A DNA stretch of 64,000 nucleotides, from the NCBI GenBank assembly GCA_041178185.1, contig JBEGVS010000065.1, forward strand, positions 20,615-84,614, given 5' to 3'. Origin of the DNA: Pseudomonadota bacterium (GTDB taxonomy: Bacteria; Bdellovibrionota_C; UBA2361; OMII01). The translations under genes were made by a program, and so were the position numbers. Under the pieces are notes generated by a model. It ran no database searches. It was not told where the DNA came from and saw only the letters and a list, made by a program, of their open reading frames with translations. Positions 1-9,632 of this stretch are shown here, in pieces; the stretch's first letter is position 1; the number at the start of each line of letters is the position of its first letter.

Positions 1-44
1 GATCTCGACGAGCTGGGTATGCTGATGGGAGCCTAGCTCCGTGA

Positions 45-848
45 CTAGCCGACAGCACGAACGTTGTCGAACCCGTACCTAGATGGGTCTGAGAAGATGA
101 GCGAGAGCGCGATAACCCGCGGCACGAACTTTCGAGTCTCTCGCGAGAAACGGCCGTTCCGGGACAGCTCCCAGAAGTCGCTCTCCCCTTCGGAGTTCAT
201 AACTCTGTTAACGGCTCCACTACCCGCGTTGTAGGCGGCAAGTGCTAGGTGCCAATCCTGGAAGTTTACGAAGAGGTCACGCAGGTGCCGAGCCGCCGCC
301 ACCGTCGAAAGCTTAGGGTCGAGGCGATCATCCTGCTTCTTTCCAACCTTTAATCCGTACAGCCGCGCCGTAGACTTCATGAACTGCCACATACCCCGTG
401 CGCCTGCCGGGCTAGCAGCCCGCGGATTAAACCCGCTCTCAACCGCCGCAACGGAGAGGAGCTCCGTTGGAACCCCCTGCCCCTCAAACAACTTCTTGGT
501 TGCCTCATAGTGATGGGCGTTTTCATCGAGGATTCTTAAGACGGTCGAGCGCTCACGAGTCATGAGTCTATCGAGCTCCTCCTGAACCTCAGGGGTTACT
601 CCGAATTCGGGCTTGGGAAGCACCCGCGATGATTGAAGGGTCAACTGCGTTGGAGCACGCGACGGCTTCAGAAGGGATTCGTTAGCGGCAGAGAGCTGCG
701 GCGCCCCCCTAGGCGAGGAGCCATGTCTCATCAAACCGCACCCAGTCGTAGTGGCCGAGATAAGGAAAAGGACCACCACAAGAAGCGGGATGCGAGCGAT
801 GCTGCCGACCGAAATCGACGGTAGTGTAGACAGGGAAGTTGTAGTCAT
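45..848 (-). CDS. Lytic murein transglycosylase lipoprotein with an SLT domain. The N-terminal signal peptide ends in a TTTGC lipobox.
   Basis: The SLT catalytic motif AAVESGFNPRAASPAGARGMWQFM is present. An N-terminal hydrophobic segment and a lipobox Cys are present. Confidence 0.8.
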   Translation of the reverse strand: MTTTSLSTLPSISVGSIARIPLLVVVLFLISATTTGCGLMRHGSSPRGAPQLSAANESLLKPSRAPTQLTLQSSRVLPKPEFGVTPEVQEELDRLMTRERSTVLRILDENAHHYEATKKLFEGQGVPTELLSVAAVESGFNPRAASPAGARGMWQFMKSTARLYGLKVGKKQDDRLDPKLSTVAAARHLRDLFVNFQDWHLALAAYNAGSGAVNRVMNSEGESDFWELSRNGRFSRETRKFVPRVIALSLIFSDPSRYGFDNVRAVG

Positions 849-1131
849 AAGTCAACCTCAACCATAGGAGTACACCCCAATCTTAGCTGGCATGGCAAGC
901 ACCCGGGCCTCACGGTACACCCGACGAGGCCTAAATATTCATCCAACTACCTGAAATAACAGGCTCGCCATTGGGCAAACCACCGTTCTTCTGAATCGAA
1001 CCCGGTCCATGTTCCAATGCTTTATTCAATCCAAGTCTCTCAAACGTGCATCTTACCTCAGGAGTGCACGGTCCCGACCGTTGAGTCCGGGAGCGGCCAG
1101 CAGAGAGGTCTCTCAGGCAATAAGGAAACGT

Positions 1132-1794
1132 ATGCGCACTATGCTAGGAAAGATACTGAGCACACTGTCATCGGGACACGGAGTCTATCGCCTCTTCTCT
1201 GGGACCGTCATCTTACTCATGACAGGCTGCGCTACGAGCAGCTTCAATCCATCGACCACTGAGCGGTGGCTGCCGGACGGCTCTCTGAGTATCGTACGCC
1301 CTCTTCCCCGCATCAACGTCATCTCCGAAGCCATGGCATCTCCAAAACAGGAGATCTTCACCGAGCCTAAAGCGAGAATGCGAGCTCCCGATGAGCCCCC
1401 ATCCAATGACCTGGTTCCCAAACTGACTATCGATACAACGAAACACACCCTGACCCTCTCTCGTCCGGGCGAAGCTCCGATAACCATGAAAGCTCAGGGA
1501 GCTTACTCGATCAAGAAAGGTGCCTACACGGTAGCCCTGAAACAGACAGATCCGTTGTGGTACGCCCCGCCAACCTACTTTTTACGCAGAGGTATGAAGG
1601 TACCCGCGGATGGAAGTAAGTCGCGCTTTATGGGCGGGGCATTGGGTCATCAAGCCCTCTTCTTCGATAAACAGCTCGCTATCCACTCGGGCCCCGTGTG
1701 GAACGACGAGATCGGTGGCGTAAAGCTCTCCCGCGAAGACATGAATACGGTATTCGCCACGGTGACGGTCGGCACCGTGATAGAGGTGCGCTAA
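1132..1794 (+). CDS. L,D-transpeptidase-like (YkuD-fold) lipoprotein. It lacks the catalytic Cys and is probably a pseudoenzyme.
   Basis: The C-terminus aligns to the YkuD signature: HGT becomes IHSGP and SHGCIRLSNEDI becomes IGGVKLSREDM, followed by GTVIEV. An AGGAAA ribosome-binding site precedes the ATG at 1132. Signal peptide with an LLMTGC lipobox. The ORF track begins at 1009, but the start at 1132 is better supported. Confidence 0.6.
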   Translation: MRTMLGKILSTLSSGHGVYRLFSGTVILLMTGCATSSFNPSTTERWLPDGSLSIVRPLPRINVISEAMASPKQEIFTEPKARMRAPDEPPSNDLVPKLTIDTTKHTLTLSRPGEAPITMKAQGAYSIKKGAYTVALKQTDPLWYAPPTYFLRRGMKVPADGSKSRFMGGALGHQALFFDKQLAIHSGPVWNDEIGGVKLSREDMNTVFATVTVGTVIEVR

Positions 1795-2087
1795 GAGCAC
1801 CCGCGGTCGGGGTCGTGGTGGAAACGCCCCCAGGATAACGAAGCGCGATCCGCGAGCGAGCCCCCCTCACCACAACCTCTCACGAATGAACCTCTTGGCT
1901 CGTGCATGGGGCAAGCCCCCTTTCAACCCCAAGGTTCGCCATTTTCCGACACCTTACCCTTTAAAGGAGGGCGTCCTCGCCCGACTCTCGACAAGGCACT
2001 CAAAACCAGGCACCATGCTGTCACACTTATTTCTTTTGAGTAGACGGGTTACGAGGTGCGCGTTGGGCGCGCCGTAGAGGTACACAT

Positions 2088-2783
2088 ATGAAGTATGAGA
2101 AGCTTGGCGGTGGGTTTATCAAGAAACGTGAGAAGAGGGTCATCGGGCTCTTTATCGACGGAACCGGATTAGACCGCGCGACCCGTCGTATCAACCGCAA
2201 AGTAGATATGGCAGCCCTGGTGCGGGGCGTTACCTCAGGCCTGGCCCCGGTCGTTGCCCGTTACTACACCCTCGTCCCCTACGAAGATGACTCCCGCCAA
2301 CGAGCATTCCTCGACGCTGTGGCGCGAGCGGGGCTCTCTGTTATCGTCAAGCGACTCCCTCCTAAAGGTATCACTCGTCAGGTGAGCGTTGATCTTGAGA
2401 TGGCTGCAGATATGGTCGCGTTCGCACACGGACTCACCTCATTTAGCAAGGAGAATGAATACATGCCGGCAGATGCCCCTCTGCGAGCAGCCGCTATTCA
2501 CACACCGGCTCAATATGTACGACGTCAACAAGCGGAAGTTGAGGAGAGCACGGAGATTAAGGATTCGCCTCAAGGCGAGGAGATCCCAGACATTAAGACC
2601 GCGCCTCGGTCGGTCGTGGTTGTATGCCCGAGTCGAGAGCTCGCCTATCCCCTCTCACTCATTAAGGATATCGCCGCCGATACCACATCGGCTGACTTCG
2701 GGCAGTTTAATACCGGAGACATTTTAAAATCCGCCCAGAAGTGGATCGATCTGTCTGATTCAGAAACGATTTGGAGGGACTAA
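2088..2783 (+). CDS. NYN (LabA-like) domain protein, a predicted RNase/nuclease fold
   Basis: The N-terminus carries the NYN signature (VIGLFIDGTGLD ... a DLEMAAD-type acidic motif). A GAGG ribosome-binding site lies 8 nt upstream of the ATG. Confidence 0.6.
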   Translation: MKYEKLGGGFIKKREKRVIGLFIDGTGLDRATRRINRKVDMAALVRGVTSGLAPVVARYYTLVPYEDDSRQRAFLDAVARAGLSVIVKRLPPKGITRQVSVDLEMAADMVAFAHGLTSFSKENEYMPADAPLRAAAIHTPAQYVRRQQAEVEESTEIKDSPQGEEIPDIKTAPRSVVVVCPSRELAYPLSLIKDIAADTTSADFGQFNTGDILKSAQKWIDLSDSETIWRD

Positions 2784-2931
2784 CTCTACATCGGTTTATT
2801 TTTCGACTAAAAAAGGGGCTCCTCATAGAAATATAACGGCCCAAAAGTCTTGTGTCCGTGTATGGTCGGGACAAGAATGAGGTCGTATATGGCGCCCTGC
2901 TTGGTGTGGGCCCCCGGGAATCTGCAAACTG

Positions 2932-4947
2932 ATGAGCTTTGTGTACCAACCACCTCGTGTCATAGGCACCCGTCAGGCAAAGGATGACGCCTCTGAGTGG
3001 GCGTGCATTCGTGCAGAGCTTCAAACCAAACTTCCCGGTGAGATAATCGAGATCGAGAGCAAGCGCATTCGTATCGAAGCGGTAATCGCGCAACTTGATA
3101 CGGGAAGCGCACTTCGTCACCTTACCATTACGGCCATGACCCCTGCTCAAAAAGAGATCGTGCGCTACGAGCTTGACACCCTTGGCTCAGCTCCCCTTGC
3201 ATCGGAACTCGCGAGCGGCCTCTCACGGGCTAAGAAAGCAAATCGGGATGCGGAGGCGGTAGTGCGCTCTATCGCTCAGTGCCTCAAGCGACATGGCCCC
3301 TACCTCATGAGAAAGGTCACCTCTGAGCCTAATCCTTGGGTTCAGCGTTGCATGGAACGCTCGGTGCCTGACTTTGAGAAGTTCGCCCGTAATCCCCTCT
3401 CTATAGATATGACCTTTACGTTGGACCACACCGTAAAGAGCGCTCGACTCCAAGCTGTAGCCACGCTCATGCCGAAGCGCCGCTACACCCTCGTACAAGC
3501 TTTTTCATTTCCGAACGGGACTTCGTCGATTCCGCTAAGCCGGGCATTTAAGGTGCGTTGTCCCGCGGAGTTCTGGCAGAAGAACCACACCCGGTCAGAG
3601 ATCGTAACAGCTTTGCATGTTGCGACGTTGGACGCCATGAAGACCATCATCGCGAAGGGACCGGATAGAGCTGCTCTCACCTTTCGCAACGAAGACCTCG
3701 ACACTCGACTTGAGAAGGGAGAGATCGATCCAGAGAAGTGCCCCGTGTCCTACAACTTTAAGAACGGCGCGAGAATCATGCTCGAGGAGGGAGATGCAAT
3801 CGCCTGTATCAGAATCGAAGCCTCTCAGTTAGAGGAGAGCGCCTCGGCGTTCTGGCGAATAATCTCCCCTCTTGGCCCCCTTCTACCCGACAATCCCCGC
3901 TTGATTAATTCCCGCAGAGCCGTGAAGAACCTGGTGGTCGGTGATCCTTGGCAAAAGTTGGATGCGATTAAGACGCTTGACCGCATGGCCAACGCCGATA
4001 CAGACAGACTCTCGCCGTATGGTAGAAGAATTCCACCCTTCTCCGCGCTACCGATCGAATCTCTCTTAGGTCCCAGCCTTACTCGTGCGCTCAAACGGCT
4101 GCCTCGGTGCACCGTCAGGCCGCTCCCTCCGACCTCAGAGTACGCGATACTCGATCTCCTTGACGGCTTCCAATCGGTATACCTCTCCCATCGCGATCCA
4201 GCTCACAAGCGAATGCATCCGCAAGATCCCGACTGTCTTACCTTCGGGTTCAGAGCTGATGGGGCTCTCAAGATAACTCTCAGAAACGCGTTACGTAATT
4301 ACCTCGATGTGGCCGTGAAGCCCCAGTACTTCAATGAGCACGAAGGTCGCGACCAGTGCGTTGTTCGCCTTGGGCGTCTTTTTAACCAACAAACTCGGGA
4401 GTCCTTCACAATGCTCCGTCGAGAGATAGAGAAACTCGAGGTCTTCGCCGTTCGCAGCGTCGTTGCATCTCAGGCCCTACGGCCGCCGTCAGCTAAGTTG
4501 CCTTCGACGACCAACATCCCACTCAACCAAGCTCTCGATACCGCGGCTGAACTCGCGCTCCTGTTCGAAGCAGACGCGTCAGCTTCGATTTCAGATATCC
4601 AAATTGTTTCTCAAGATCACAAGGCATGCGTGATGAGCCTTGCAAACACGCACGCGAATCCACCTGTCCAAATGCACTTACAGGTTTCTGTGGACGGCGT
4701 TTTCGGTATCGAGCTCCTCTCACTGGGCGTATCGCCCTCACACCGCCACCACTTTTCGTTCCTAACCCCTATCTCACTTCCTGAAGGACGTGAGGTACTG
4801 AGTCGGCTATTCCAGCTATTTCGCAAAAGACCAGATCCTACAATCCCATCTACCCAGGCGCTCGCGCCCTCTCTTACCGGCACACCTCTTTTCAAGTACC
4901 TGCAGGAGTGCGAGGTCCGTTTCGCGGTAAGTCCTGAAGAGTCGTAA
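2932..4947 (+). CDS. Hypothetical 671-aa protein with no recognisable motif. It is transcribed in the same direction as the NYN gene 150 bp downstream of it.
   Basis: Long uninterrupted ORF with coding-like composition. No Walker, HxK, PLD or helicase motifs were seen. Confidence 0.5.
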   Translation: MSFVYQPPRVIGTRQAKDDASEWACIRAELQTKLPGEIIEIESKRIRIEAVIAQLDTGSALRHLTITAMTPAQKEIVRYELDTLGSAPLASELASGLSRAKKANRDAEAVVRSIAQCLKRHGPYLMRKVTSEPNPWVQRCMERSVPDFEKFARNPLSIDMTFTLDHTVKSARLQAVATLMPKRRYTLVQAFSFPNGTSSIPLSRAFKVRCPAEFWQKNHTRSEIVTALHVATLDAMKTIIAKGPDRAALTFRNEDLDTRLEKGEIDPEKCPVSYNFKNGARIMLEEGDAIACIRIEASQLEESASAFWRIISPLGPLLPDNPRLINSRRAVKNLVVGDPWQKLDAIKTLDRMANADTDRLSPYGRRIPPFSALPIESLLGPSLTRALKRLPRCTVRPLPPTSEYAILDLLDGFQSVYLSHRDPAHKRMHPQDPDCLTFGFRADGALKITLRNALRNYLDVAVKPQYFNEHEGRDQCVVRLGRLFNQQTRESFTMLRREIEKLEVFAVRSVVASQALRPPSAKLPSTTNIPLNQALDTAAELALLFEADASASISDIQIVSQDHKACVMSLANTHANPPVQMHLQVSVDGVFGIELLSLGVSPSHRHHFSFLTPISLPEGREVLSRLFQLFRKRPDPTIPSTQALAPSLTGTPLFKYLQECEVRFAVSPEES

Positions 4948-5097
4948 GGTATTCCTTATCCCTCCAAGACAGACACCGGCGGATACTTCCTGCGGTTTAA
5001 AAAACGTCACTGAGGCAACCCAGGGGGGCCTTTCCCGTTGACCTCTCGGATGGGGTATCCGATACTCGTTTCTCCTAGCGATTCGACGTAGTGCCCC

Positions 5098-6522
5098 ATG
5101 GAAAAAGTTCGACAGTATCGAGACAAGCAACGAAGGGAAGCCCCTCGTTCGGCCCCCCCTAGCGGACGAGTAATGCCTCAAGCTCTCGAGGCGGAGGAAT
5201 CGGTGCTTGGAGGGATCCTGCTCGATAATCAAGCTATCAACATCTGTCTTGAACGTATCCGCGCGGATGACTTCTATAAAGCGAGTCATCAAACTATCTT
5301 CGAGGCGATGACAAATCTCGCCGACAAACGTGAGCCGATCGATATCATCACGCTCGGACAACAGCTCAAAAATATGGGGCAGTTTGAGAACGTGGGAGGA
5401 TCCACCACCCTCTCGTACCTTGCGTCCTCAGTTCCGAACGCGGCGAACGTGGGATACTACGCAAAAGTTATTAAAGAGATGGCGATCCGCCGCCGCGTTA
5501 TCCACGAATCAACAGACATCATAAACTCAGCCTTCGAATTAGAGGGAGACATCGAGGAATTCATCGATGGTACAGAACAACGAATCCTTGGCGTTTCAGA
5601 CTTCAAAACGCAAGGAGCTTTCGCGCGTGTAAGTGATGTGGTGCAAGACTCCATCCGACTTGTCGAGAAGCTCTACGATCAAAAGGAACCGGTCACTGGA
5701 GTTCCAAGCGGATTAATTAAACTCGATAAGATGACCGCGGGTTTTCAACCGTCCGACCTGGTTATCGTAGCCGCCCGTCCAGCCATGGGCAAAACGGCTC
5801 TTGTACTCGGCTGGGCTCAGTACTGCGGCATTCACTATCGAAAGCCGGTAGCGCTCTTCTCTCTCGAGATGTCTAAAGAACAGCTCGTGCTTCGTATGCT
5901 CTGCAGCGAGTCTCGCATCAGCAACTCGGCCGTTCGAACAGGAGAACTCACCGAACGGGACTTCGCCCGTATCGTGGACGGAGCAAGTCGCATATCTGAG
6001 GCCGATATCTTCATTGACGACACCCCAGCTCTCACGATCACCGAAGTACGGGCTAAAGCTCGAAGATTGCATCGGGATCATCCGCTCGGCCTCGTGATCG
6101 TCGACTACCTTCAGCTCCTTCGAAGCCCGGCCTACAGCCACTCTCGTGAGCAGGAGATCTCAGACATATCGCGCTCACTCAAGGCTTTAGCCAAAGAGTT
6201 AAGCGTGCCGGTCGTAGCACTCTCTCAGCTCAACCGCTCAGTGGAGTCGCGTAACGATAAACGGCCGATGACCTCTGACCTCCGAGAATCAGGAGCCATC
6301 GAGCAGGATGCCGATATCATCATGTTCATTTACCGCGATGAGGTCTACAACAAGGAATCTCCAGACAAAGGAGTTGCTGAGATCATCATCGGAAAGCAGC
6401 GAAGTGGACCGACCGGGGCCTTGCGTGTCGCCTTCTCAGGTGAGTTTACCCGATTCGACAACCTCGATGAGTCTGACATTTCGATGATGGCTGCCAACGA
6501 CTCCGATCCGGATCCGTTTTAG
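5098..6522 (+). CDS. dnaB: Replicative DNA helicase DnaB
   Basis: N-terminal LEAEESVLGGILLDN motif. Walker A reads ARPAMGKTAL. DnaB RecA-fold motifs are present (SLEMS, VIVDYLQLL, SQLNR). Length is 474 aa, with no intein. Confidence 0.93.
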   Translation: MEKVRQYRDKQRREAPRSAPPSGRVMPQALEAEESVLGGILLDNQAINICLERIRADDFYKASHQTIFEAMTNLADKREPIDIITLGQQLKNMGQFENVGGSTTLSYLASSVPNAANVGYYAKVIKEMAIRRRVIHESTDIINSAFELEGDIEEFIDGTEQRILGVSDFKTQGAFARVSDVVQDSIRLVEKLYDQKEPVTGVPSGLIKLDKMTAGFQPSDLVIVAARPAMGKTALVLGWAQYCGIHYRKPVALFSLEMSKEQLVLRMLCSESRISNSAVRTGELTERDFARIVDGASRISEADIFIDDTPALTITEVRAKARRLHRDHPLGLVIVDYLQLLRSPAYSHSREQEISDISRSLKALAKELSVPVVALSQLNRSVESRNDKRPMTSDLRESGAIEQDADIIMFIYRDEVYNKESPDKGVAEIIIGKQRSGPTGALRVAFSGEFTRFDNLDESDISMMAANDSDPDPF

Positions 6523-6622
6523 AACCCGTCAGGCAGTCCAGAGGGAACCTTCCGTCATACATCCTCGCAATCCCATCCTCGCAATCCGCGTGTCGGCCCC
6601 GTGTAAAGGAGCGGCGGTAGAG

Positions 6623-7768
6623 CTATTTGGCTGATACTGCCTGAGATAAATCTCGCCGTAATTCGGCCGGCCACAGTACCAGTTCATACGGGGCCCGCTC
6701 CGCAAATTGGGCGGCCTCCTCTTGTAGCTCGACCATCTTCTCCTCCCAATCGGATGATACGGTCGCCTGCGAGGGAACCCGTGCCTTCATAAGCCACCAC
6801 GCAGTATTAATTTCCTGTGACAGTTCCGGTGCCTGTGCGAGCCGGCCGACCGCATTATCCTCCGCTTCCAATGCGGCCGTCATATCCCCTTTGGCGAACA
6901 ACGCCATGGCGAGGGCATGAAATGCGGCGGGTTCCCCAGCCAGCGGTTTATTGGCGCGTACAAAATCCACCGCCTGATCAAACAGATTAAGCCCAACGAG
7001 CAATCTCGCGTGCGCGGAAACCTGCGGAGGTGTCTGTGCCAAGGTAAGCGCCTCGTACGAGTAGCAGAGGGCCTCCTGCTCATTTCCAACACCGAAAGCG
7101 ATGTTTGCTATCGAGCGGGCAACCAGAGCAGCTCGAGGTGCATTTCCAGCAGACTTGAAGATCGAAAACGCTTCTTTGAGCTTCACTTTCGCCGTCTCGT
7201 GTTGCCCCTTTGCCTCCCACACATCAGCGAGGGCCTGCAAATAGTGGGGATTTTTGGGGTCTTTCGCGAGCAACGATTCCAGTATCGAAAGCGCTTCATC
7301 ACTCTCACCAGATTGATTCGCGACAACTGCTATGTTGAAGGCGATCCTATCATTCGTTGGCTCGAGGTAGTACGCCTGTCGAAGACGAGACTCAGCGTTG
7401 AAGAGACGCCCGTTATTCGCAAACGCGAGCCCCTCACTCACCAGTCCCGCAACTCGAAGATCCTTACTCGATGCGAACACCCCCTCTTCACCAGCCAAAC
7501 CGGGGCGAGAAAGCGAGAAGGAGGTGTTGTCCCGAGGAATAGCACACGAGGTAGCCAAGAGAAAAAACGCAGCGAATGAAGTCCTCCAGGGTCCTAACCG
7601 TGGCGGTCGAGTGCAACTACACGAACATACAACAGTAGAGGCGAATGATACGATCGGGTTGCGAGAGGTGCGGTTGAGACCGACCTCTTGTGCAAAGTCC
7701 ATCCGTGTCGATCGGTCCGCCACTCGACACGGGTGCTGTATTGAAACTTCTTTAGAGGAGCGTCGCAT
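6623..7768 (-). CDS. Tetratricopeptide-repeat protein, possibly a lipoprotein; the start is uncertain
   Basis: Multiple TPR-like helical repeats (ALADVWEAKGQHETA, AFSIFKSAGN etc.). An N-terminal hydrophobic stretch ends in LLATSC. Confidence 0.55.
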   Translation of the reverse strand: MRRSSKEVSIQHPCRVADRSTRMDFAQEVGLNRTSRNPIVSFASTVVCSCSCTRPPRLGPWRTSFAAFFLLATSCAIPRDNTSFSLSRPGLAGEEGVFASSKDLRVAGLVSEGLAFANNGRLFNAESRLRQAYYLEPTNDRIAFNIAVVANQSGESDEALSILESLLAKDPKNPHYLQALADVWEAKGQHETAKVKLKEAFSIFKSAGNAPRAALVARSIANIAFGVGNEQEALCYSYEALTLAQTPPQVSAHARLLVGLNLFDQAVDFVRANKPLAGEPAAFHALAMALFAKGDMTAALEAEDNAVGRLAQAPELSQEINTAWWLMKARVPSQATVSSDWEEKMVELQEEAAQFAERAPYELVLWPAELRRDLSQAVSAK

Positions 7769-7778
7769 GTTGAGGAGG

Positions 7779-9236
7779 CTACCACTTTGCGCCCAAAAAG
7801 ATAAGCGCCCCTATAGCCGCAACAGCATAGGTAACTTTATCTTGGAGCGCAAAAACCAGAGGATCATCATGCACGAACCCTCTGCGAGCAAGTAACCAAA
7901 TTCGACTGATCCAGTACAGCAACAGAGGACAAGCCATCCATATGACGGTAGGGCTGGCATAGAGCGCCACAACCTCTTTACCACTCACGTAAAGAGCCAA
8001 AACCAATACCGCGATGTAGCCGCTCGCGGTTCCGAAGGAGGCGACCTGCTCCATATCGCTCACTGCATAGCCCCTGCCCCACGTTCTGTGCTCCTTTCGT
8101 TGCTGAAGCACCAGCAATTCAGAGAACCGCTTCACACAAGCCAAGCTGAAAAAGATAAACATGGAGAGCCCAAGAAGCCACTGAGAGACGTGAATGCCCG
8201 TGGCGACGCCTCCGCCCACAATGCGTATCGTGTAGAGAATAGCGAGCAAGATAACATCAACCAACGCCAGGGCTTTGAGACGATAGGAGTAGGCTGAGGT
8301 AAGGATTAGGTATATGCCGAGCACGACAGAAAATTCGGGCTGAACAGCAAACGCGACACTAAACGCCGCCGCAAACAGAAGCGGGGCAAGCATAAGGGCG
8401 TAGGAGAGAGGAAATACCCCCGAGGCGCACGGCCGCTTCTTTTTACGAGGATGTCGTCGATCAGCCTCGAGATCGAGTAGGTCGTTGAGAAGATATACGC
8501 CGGATGCGCACAGAGAAAACGCGAGCGCAGCGGCGCCGGCCACAAGCCATCCGCGCACGTTGAAGATCTGATGCGCTAACACGAGTGGCGCGAAAACGAG
8601 CAGATTCTTCATCCACTGATGCACTCGTAATGCACGCAGAAACACCTTACAAGTGCAGGGTTCTTTCTCAAGAATAACAGCTTTGGGATATCGATTTTTT
8701 ACACGCGCCGAAAACCTGGGATTTGCCGACACGCACACCACATGTTCAGCTTCACGCCAAACATCAAAATCAGCCTTTGAATCGCCAATATATTCCCACG
8801 AAGTGTCCCCGATCACCTCTCGTATGGCGGTCGCCTTCGCACTTCCCTTTCGATTCAAGGAGCCGTCAGACGCGATGACTCCACTCACAAAGTCAAATTG
8901 ATCAGCGAGGCGCTCAACGAGACGAGCATCAGAGGCCGAGGCCAGCATAACTCGCTGTCCAGACTCCGCCGCTGCGCGGAGATACGAGACGACCTCCCCA
9001 TTCATGGGGAGCAGCTCAATTGACAATCCTGCCGAACGCTCGGCGAGCTGATGCTTCAGGTATGCTCTTCCACGAAGCAACCAGAACGGTATGAAGAAGA
9101 GGATCCAGATGTCCTGTTTCAGCACGAAGAGGAGGGACTCGTAGAGTAGGTCCGTTGCGATAACGGTCCCATCAACATCGGCACAGACAACACTCGGCTT
9201 TTCGGAACGTTTCAAACTCTCACCATGCATACGCAA
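7779..9236 (-). CDS. Fusion of an N-terminal HAD-family phosphatase to a UbiA-family polyprenyl-phosphate phosphoribosyltransferase. It resembles decaprenyl-phosphate 5-phosphoribosyltransferase (DPPR synthase, Rv3806c-like).
   Basis: HAD motifs are DVDGTV, SASD and GDSKAD. The UbiA core reads RVHQWMKNLLVFAPLVLAH, with an NDLLDLEADRRHP Asp-rich motif and multiple transmembrane helices. Confidence 0.75.
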   Translation of the reverse strand: MRMHGESLKRSEKPSVVCADVDGTVIATDLLYESLLFVLKQDIWILFFIPFWLLRGRAYLKHQLAERSAGLSIELLPMNGEVVSYLRAAAESGQRVMLASASDARLVERLADQFDFVSGVIASDGSLNRKGSAKATAIREVIGDTSWEYIGDSKADFDVWREAEHVVCVSANPRFSARVKNRYPKAVILEKEPCTCKVFLRALRVHQWMKNLLVFAPLVLAHQIFNVRGWLVAGAAALAFSLCASGVYLLNDLLDLEADRRHPRKKKRPCASGVFPLSYALMLAPLLFAAAFSVAFAVQPEFSVVLGIYLILTSAYSYRLKALALVDVILLAILYTIRIVGGGVATGIHVSQWLLGLSMFIFFSLACVKRFSELLVLQQRKEHRTWGRGYAVSDMEQVASFGTASGYIAVLVLALYVSGKEVVALYASPTVIWMACPLLLYWISRIWLLARRGFVHDDPLVFALQDKVTYAVAAIGALIFLGAKW

Positions 9237-9632
9237 CTTCTATCGCAAGGAGTGTCTGTTGTCCTCCCCACACCTCACACGTGTGTCGAGTGACACCCTT
9301 AACCACGGAAACGCCGTTTAAAACCCATCGGGTTAGCAAAAAGCGTCCTCCATTTTAGACTCTCAAAGACGATGAAAAGGCTCACTCCTTGTTGAGAGTC
9401 CCGGCTATTGTTAAACCGCTGCTGTCTCCACGATGATTTGGGGCACCACTCGAAGACCCCCGAACCTCTTCATAAATGCAAACCCTGTTATGCACAGTCT
9501 TCAATTCAGGGACATTGCCACAACAGCTGTCGGAATCTATCTTCCCCACATCTGACAATTTGTCGTTACTGCCGGGGCATTTTTGGAATCTAAGATACAA
9601 GCGATCCACCGCTGGTTTAAAAAGGTAGACAC

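Noticed and set aside
960-1045. tRNA-like T-arm sequence (ccgggttcgattc on the minus strand) upstream of the L,D-transpeptidase-like gene
   Set aside because: Only the T-arm-like 13-mer is present. No acceptor stem, D-arm or anticodon arm pairing could be built around it. It is at most a tRNA remnant.
6917-7579. 220-codon plus-strand ORF inside the TPR gene
   Set aside because: It is antisense to a well-supported TPR CDS, and its Arg/Ser-rich composition is typical of shadow ORFs in high-GC DNA.
9408-9593. 61-codon Cys/His-rich ORF (9 Cys, 6 His) in the divergent region between the HAD-UbiA gene and dprE1
   Set aside because: It starts with TTG, has no ribosome-binding site, and sits in a divergent promoter region where both strands give similar-length spurious ORFs. 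It is more likely noncoding.
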